From contig CAWCKM010000047.1 of the NCBI GenBank assembly GCA_963796125.1, positions 66,299 to 130,298 on the forward strand: a stretch of 64,000 bases of DNA. Reading direction: 5' to 3'. Each line of letters begins with the position of its first letter. Position 1 is the first letter of the stretch. The notes beneath the pieces were generated by a model. The model did not search any database. It was not told where the DNA came from and saw only the letters and a list, made by a program, of their open reading frames with translations. Below, in pieces: positions 58,917 to 64,000 of this stretch. The translations under genes and the position numbers were made by a program. The stretch is from Nitrospirota bacterium. Its GTDB lineage: Bacteria > Nitrospirota > Thermodesulfovibrionia > Thermodesulfovibrionales > SM23-35.

Positions 58917-59237
58917 ATGATTACCATTGAAGATTTCGCAAAGGTTGAACTAAAGATAGGGAAGGTTCTTGAGGCCAAGAGGGTTGAAGGTTCAAATAAG
59001 CTGATCGTTATGAAGGTTGACACAGGTGAGGAGCGACAGATAGTAGCAGGGATCGGCAAGGCATATTTACCGGAAGAACTGGTGGGTAAGAGTATTGTAG
59101 TTGTTACGAACCTGCAGCCAGCAAAGCTCATGGGCGTAGAATCACAGGGTATGTTACTTGCTGCATCTGATGCTGATGGAAAGCTCTCGATACTTACCAT
59201 TGATAGAGAAATAACAGAAGGTGCAAAAGTAAAGTAA
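58917..59237 (+). CDS. tRNA-binding (EMAP/CsaA-like) domain protein
   Basis: IEDFAKVELKIGKVLEA..VEGSNKL....VD.GEE.RQIVAGI...Y.PEELVGK.IVVV.NL.PAKLMGVESQGMLLAA. Confidence 0.8.
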   Translation: MITIEDFAKVELKIGKVLEAKRVEGSNKLIVMKVDTGEERQIVAGIGKAYLPEELVGKSIVVVTNLQPAKLMGVESQGMLLAASDADGKLSILTIDREITEGAKVK

Positions 59238-59307
59238 TTTTCATCTGTTTCTGTTAATGATAATATCTCCTCTTGACCGGCCGGGAAGATCGCATCTATA
59301 ATGGAGT

Positions 59308-60216
59308 ATGGGCATTCTCCACTGCATAGGAAACACCCCGCTTGCCAGCATCGACGGTTTAAATCCTAATCCGAGTGTAAAGCTCTTTGCAAAGCTTGAA
59401 GGCAATAATCCCGGTGGCTCTGTAAAAGACAGGATAGCCCTCTTTATGATAGAAGCAGCGGAGAAGGAAGGGAAGCTTACGAGGGATAAGGTGATACTCG
59501 AAGCTACCTCAGGAAATACTGGAATTGGACTTGCGATGGTTGCGGCAGCCAAGAAATACAGGGTAAAGCTTATCATGCCTGCATGCGTCAGTATGGAAAG
59601 GAGAAAGGTCCTTGAGGCTTTTGGAGCAGAGCTTTTACTGAGTCCGGCGGAAGAGGGGACTGACGGCGCAATAAGGTTAGTCCACAGGATACACTCCGAG
59701 GATCCAGAGAGATATTTTATGCCGAACCAGTTTGACAACCAGGCAAATGTATTAGCCCATTATGAGACAACAGGAAAAGAAATAATAGAGCAGACAGGCG
59801 GGAAAGTAACTCATTTTGTGGCTGGAATGGGAACCACAGGAACACTCATGGGTGTAGGAAAGAGACTTAAAGAATTCAATAAAGATATAAAGATTATCGG
59901 GGTAGAGCCAATTTTGGGTCACAGGATACAGGGACTGAAAAATATGACAGAGTGCATTGTTCCAAAGATTTTTGACCCATCTGTCCTCGATGAGCGCCAT
60001 ATTGTTAATGATGAGGGGGCCTTTGACACAACACGGATGCTCGCAGTGAAGGAAGGAATATTTGTGGGAATGTCAAGTGGTGCTGCAATGCACATAGCCC
60101 TCAGAAAATCGAGTGAACTTACTGAAGGTGTTATTGTTGTTATCCTGCCAGACAGGGGAGACAGGTATCTCTCTACATCCCTCTTTGCATCTATCTGTGC
60201 CAAATGCCCGCCGTAA
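59308..60216 (+). CDS. cysK: Cysteine synthase family PLP enzyme (CysK/CysM-like)
   Basis: IGNTPL, NPGGSVKDR (PLP Lys), TSGNTGIGLA, GTTGT. Confidence 0.85.
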   Translation: MGILHCIGNTPLASIDGLNPNPSVKLFAKLEGNNPGGSVKDRIALFMIEAAEKEGKLTRDKVILEATSGNTGIGLAMVAAAKKYRVKLIMPACVSMERRKVLEAFGAELLLSPAEEGTDGAIRLVHRIHSEDPERYFMPNQFDNQANVLAHYETTGKEIIEQTGGKVTHFVAGMGTTGTLMGVGKRLKEFNKDIKIIGVEPILGHRIQGLKNMTECIVPKIFDPSVLDERHIVNDEGAFDTTRMLAVKEGIFVGMSSGAAMHIALRKSSELTEGVIVVILPDRGDRYLSTSLFASICAKCPP

Positions 60217-60221
60217 CAGGA

Positions 60222-60335
60222 AGGGTTCGATAGAGTCATCAGATTGTCAGAGTTTCAAGTGTCATAGTCTATGAATCTTTGAGACTTTGACTCTTTGGCG
60301 CTTTAGTATTGAATCCTTGACCCCTTGAATCCTAC
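60222..60335 (+). repeat. ~100-nt intergenic repeat, copy 2
   Basis: See 58231-58325. This copy has a ~20-nt internal insert and overlaps the last codons of the nifS ORF. Confidence 0.75.
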
Positions 60336-61502
60336 TTTTTTATCTTTTCTTTCCCGAAAGGGTGAGAGTTCTCTTAATTCTTTTATGATCTTCGGCACTA
60401 TATCCAGTACCTTGTCAATTTCATCTTCTGTATTGTACCGGCTGAGGGAAAATCTTATTGAGCCATGAATGGCAGTGAAGGGGGTCCCCATAGCTCTCAG
60501 GACACGGCTTGGTTCTAAAGACCCGGATGTACATGCAGATCCTGATGATGCACAGATGCCGTACTCATTTAACCTGAGGAGTATTGCTTCTCCCTCAACA
60601 TATTCAAAACTTATATTCGTTGTATTTGGAAGGCGATACTCTGTATTACCATTAATCCTTACATCAGGACAACATTTCAGGAGATTTCTTTCAAGTTTAT
60701 CCCTGAGTCTGCTGAGATAGGGTATTTCATGTTCAAGGTTCTCGGCTGCAAGCTCACATGCTTTTCCAAGACCAATGATGGAAGCAACATTCTCTGTCCC
60801 TGCTCTCCTTCCGTTCTCCTGATGTCCTCCGATTATGTATGGATAAAACCTTGTGCCTTTCCTCACATACAATGCTCCTATCCCTTTTGGGGCATGAAGT
60901 TTGTGTCCTGAGAGAGAAAGCATATCAACGGGAAGTTTTGTCACATCTATTGTGAGTTTCCCCACTGCCTGAACAGCATCTGTATGAAAAGGTATCTTTC
61001 TTTCCCTCAGAATTTCCCCTATTTCTTGTATAGGGAAGATCACCCCTGTTTCATTGTTCGCATACATAATTGAAACGACAACTGTATCATCATCAAGTGC
61101 TTTTGAGAAAGAGTCAATATCGAGTATTCCTGCATTGTCAACAGGAATGAATGTTACCCGGTAACCTTTCCTTGCGAGATGTTTCACAAAGTTGAAGACA
61201 GCAGGATGTTCTACACGAGAAGTTATGATATGCCGTTTCTGCGGATAAGACTCCGCAGCGCTCATCAAAGCAGTGTTGTCACTTTCAGTACCGCAGCTCA
61301 TAAAGATTATTTCTTCGGGATCTGCACCTATCAGTCCTGCAACTTTCGCTCTTGACTCTTCAATCTTGCTGTAGAGCTTTCCGCCGAAGGTGTGCATGCT
61401 TGAAGGGTTCCCATAGTAGTCGGTCAGGTAAGGCTTCATCTCATCAAATACCTCAGGCGCTATTTTTGTTGTTGCATTATTGTCAAGGTAAATTGTCTTC
61501 AT
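60303..61502 (-). CDS. nifS: Cysteine desulfurase NifS
   Basis: IYLDNNATT, SLSGHKLHAPKGIGALY (PLP Lys), SSGSACTSG (active-site Cys). Confidence 0.9.
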   Translation of the reverse strand: MKTIYLDNNATTKIAPEVFDEMKPYLTDYYGNPSSMHTFGGKLYSKIEESRAKVAGLIGADPEEIIFMSCGTESDNTALMSAAESYPQKRHIITSRVEHPAVFNFVKHLARKGYRVTFIPVDNAGILDIDSFSKALDDDTVVVSIMYANNETGVIFPIQEIGEILRERKIPFHTDAVQAVGKLTIDVTKLPVDMLSLSGHKLHAPKGIGALYVRKGTRFYPYIIGGHQENGRRAGTENVASIIGLGKACELAAENLEHEIPYLSRLRDKLERNLLKCCPDVRINGNTEYRLPNTTNISFEYVEGEAILLRLNEYGICASSGSACTSGSLEPSRVLRAMGTPFTAIHGSIRFSLSRYNTEDEIDKVLDIVPKIIKELRELSPFRERKDKKVGFKGSRIQY

Positions 61503-62333
61503 CCTATCTCCACAGTGATGTCCTCGCTGACAAGTTCCCTGAGTTTAGTTTCAATACCTTTTACTGTCACATCTCCCATGAGACATCCAACACACATTGC
61601 CCTCAGGCCGATGATAACCTTACTGCCGTCTATGTCTATGAGCTCAAGGTCTCCACCGTCAGACTGGAGTCTTGGTCGAATCTCTTTTTCAATGACATCC
61701 TGAATCAGTGCTATTTTCTGAAGATTGGTCAGTTTTCTGGGCGCAGAAGGTTTTTCAGGAACAGGTTTTATTAACCATATATCCTTCAATATGGCCTCTA
61801 TGTCGGGAATACAGCTGCCACATCCGCCGCCTGCTTTTGTAAAGTTTGTTATATCTTCTACTGTTGTGAGATGGTTTTCAATGGCGACCTTCCGTATCTT
61901 TTCCTCAGAGACCTCAAAGCATTCGCATACGATTTTTCCCTCTGTCTCAGTCGGCTTCTTTTCACCTTTGAAATTGGCTATTGCAGCCTCCAGAGCTTCC
62001 CTGCCCATGACAGAACAATGCATCTTTTCTTTCGGAAGACCTCCGAGGTAATCTGCAATATCCTGATTGCTTATTATCAGCGCTTCATCAAGTGTCTTTC
62101 CTTTTATGAGTTCTGTTAAGGCTGAGGAGCTTGCAATTGCGCTTGCACAGCCAAAGGTCTGAAATTTTGCATCGGCAATTCTGTTGCTTTTGTCTGTCAA
62201 TTTTAAGAGTCAGCCGGAGGGCATCGCCACATATAATGCTGCCCACTTCTCCTACGGCATCAGGGTTTTTTATTTCGCCGACATTCTTAGGGTGAAGAAA
62301 AAATTCCTTTACCTTTTTTGTATAGTCCCACAT
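61499..62333 (-). pseudogene. nifU: Fe-S cluster assembly scaffold NifU (IscU + BFD-like + NifU C-terminal domain), one frame break
   Basis: The N-terminal ORF has [12 protein letters not shown]......[18 protein letters not shown]. The downstream ORF has [28 protein letters not shown]... Skipping one A in gac-a-gac at ~62195 joins them. Confidence 0.9.
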
Positions 62334-62428
62334 AGTCCTTTTTTAGCATAATGTCTTAGTCATGTCAATGAGCGTTGTGATATTATAATGCAGTTGCTAA
62401 GGAATTGAATTCATCGGAGGAGAAACAG

Positions 62429-63685
62429 ATGGATATAAAGGAATATGTTCTGAAGAAGGCCAGGGAGGCAAAAGAGGGTGCAAAGGCATTAGCAAAATTA
62501 CCATCAAAAGAGAAAAACAATATCCTCCAGAGAATGGCAGAAGCATTGAAGAAGAAGAGAAAAACTCTGATTGAAGAGAATCAGAAGGATATACAATGTG
62601 CAGAGCAGAAGGGACTTTCAAAGGCTTTGATTGACAGGCTGACCCTGAATGAGAAACGTATCGAAGAAATGGCTAAGGGTCTCATGGAAGTTACGGCTCT
62701 ACCTGACCCTGTTGGTGAAATAACAAAGATGTGGAAAAGACCGAATGGGATGACTGTTGGGAAGATGCGCGTGCCTATCGGGGTCATAGGAATCATCTAT
62801 GAGTCCAGACCGAATGTAACAGTCGATGCAACAGGGCTTTGCCTGAAGGCTGGCAATGCTGTGATACTCAGAGGCGGGTCCGAGGCTATTAACTCGAACA
62901 AGGCAATTGTAAATGTTTTGAGAAATGTTGCAAAGGAAGAAGCTCTCCATGAAGGCGCTATTACGTTTATTGATATCCCTGAACGAGAGGCGGTTATGGA
63001 AATGCTCAAGCTCGAGGGAATTGTTGACCTTATAATCCCAAGAGGCGGGGAGGGTCTTATCAGGACTGTCACAGAAAATGCAAGGATTCCGGTTCTCAAG
63101 CATTATAAAGGTGTCTGTCATGTTTTTGTTGACAGGGATGCAGATTTAATAATGGCTGAGGAAATATGTTTCAATGCAAAGGTTCAGAGGCCGGGGACCT
63201 GTAACGCTATGGAGACTATGCTCGTTGATGAATCTGTTGCAGAAGGTTTTTTACCAACGATGCTTAAAAAATTTGAAAAGGCCGGTGTAACACTGAAAGG
63301 GTGTCCAAAGACTCTTTTCATATATCCAAATATCGTAGAAGTTACAGAAGAGGATTATTACAAAGAATACCTTGACCTCATCTTAAATGTAAGAGTTGTG
63401 AAGGATATGGATGAAGCTATGGAACATATTGCACAGTATGGTTCCTCACACTCTGATGCTATTGTGACAAAAGACTATGACAAGGCCCTGAGATTTCTGA
63501 AAGAGGTAGACTCTTCAGCAGTCTTTGTGAATGCCTCAACAAGGCTCAATGACGGGTACCAGTTTGGTCTTGGAGCTGAGATAGGTATCTCAACCGATAA
63601 AATTCATTCACGAGGGCCGATGGGTCTTGAGGAACTTACCTGCACAAAGTTTATTGTTCTCGGAAATGGGCAACTGAGGGAATAA
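62429..63685 (+). CDS. proA: Glutamate-5-semialdehyde dehydrogenase
   Basis: IGVIGIIYESRPNVTVDA, RGGSEA, CNAMETMLV, STRLNDG. The ORF opens at 62405, but the ATG at 62429 (MDIKEYV...) is the likely start. Confidence 0.95.
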   Translation: MDIKEYVLKKAREAKEGAKALAKLPSKEKNNILQRMAEALKKKRKTLIEENQKDIQCAEQKGLSKALIDRLTLNEKRIEEMAKGLMEVTALPDPVGEITKMWKRPNGMTVGKMRVPIGVIGIIYESRPNVTVDATGLCLKAGNAVILRGGSEAINSNKAIVNVLRNVAKEEALHEGAITFIDIPEREAVMEMLKLEGIVDLIIPRGGEGLIRTVTENARIPVLKHYKGVCHVFVDRDADLIMAEEICFNAKVQRPGTCNAMETMLVDESVAEGFLPTMLKKFEKAGVTLKGCPKTLFIYPNIVEVTEEDYYKEYLDLILNVRVVKDMDEAMEHIAQYGSSHSDAIVTKDYDKALRFLKEVDSSAVFVNASTRLNDGYQFGLGAEIGISTDKIHSRGPMGLEELTCTKFIVLGNGQLRE

Positions 63686-63724
63686 GCGAGAGATGCAGGA
63701 TACACGGTACCTGATACAGAATAG

Positions 63725-64000
63725 ATGAAGATCGGGATATTCGGAGGAACGTTTAATCCTATCCACTACGGCCATTTGAGGGCGGCGGAAGAGGTCAGGG
63801 AAAGATTTAAGCTGGCGAAAATTATCTTTATCCCCTCCAAGAAACCACCTCTTAAAACCCAGGATCTTTTGGAATCAGAACATAGGTACAAAATGACAGA
63901 GCTTGCTCTGTCAGGCAACGGCTTCTTCGAAATTTCCGACATTGAATTTAAAAGGCCTGGTAAGTCATTTACAGTGCAAACCCTGGAAGAGCTTCTGAAA
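63725..64000 (+). CDS. nadD: Nicotinate-nucleotide adenylyltransferase (partial; runs off the window end)
   Basis: My own translation: MKIGIFGGTFNPIHYGHLRAAEEV...IFIPS..PP.K. No stop before 64000. Confidence 0.9.
   Translation, partial: MKIGIFGGTFNPIHYGHLRAAEEVRERFKLAKIIFIPSKKPPLKTQDLLESEHRYKMTELALSGNGFFEISDIEFKRPGKSFTVQTLEELLK

Overview
This is a chromosomal segment from a diderm bacterium, as shown by lptD, lpxB and waaA. It is dominated by housekeeping genes: a TPP-riboswitch-controlled thiS-G-E-C-D operon, radA, mutL, folK, truA, trpBA and, separately, trpEGD. It also carries accD-folC, lptD, zapAB, a lipid A block (gnnA/gnnB-like, lpxB, waaA), rpmE-DUF1385-prfA, nadB, a DUF4390-ntrY-ntrX-like operon, hisI, cysK, nifSU, proA, nadD, and tRNA-Cys and tRNA-Gly. 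Three things stand out. (1) About 20 single-nucleotide frame breaks interrupt at least 12 otherwise well-conserved genes; these are most likely sequence indels, though decay cannot be excluded. (2) The repeat load is unusually rich. It includes 7-nt tandem arrays with an AGTNAHN core, GTCAT...ATGAC two-hairpin elements, and GC-rich hairpins, some of which are translated in frame inside lpxB and waaA. It also includes double-hairpin elements bracketing trpD in inverted orientation and a 125-nt element with terminal inverted repeats. (3) There are two toxin-antitoxin (TA) islets. One is a 1.16-kb parDE/hicB cassette flanked by two synonymously diverged copies of the last 23 codons of a GHKL-ATPase gene, which looks like the footprint of a site-specific insertion. 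A 725-nt ORF-free segment at 47.7-48.4 kb is unexplained. I found no CRISPR array, rRNA, integrase or transposase.
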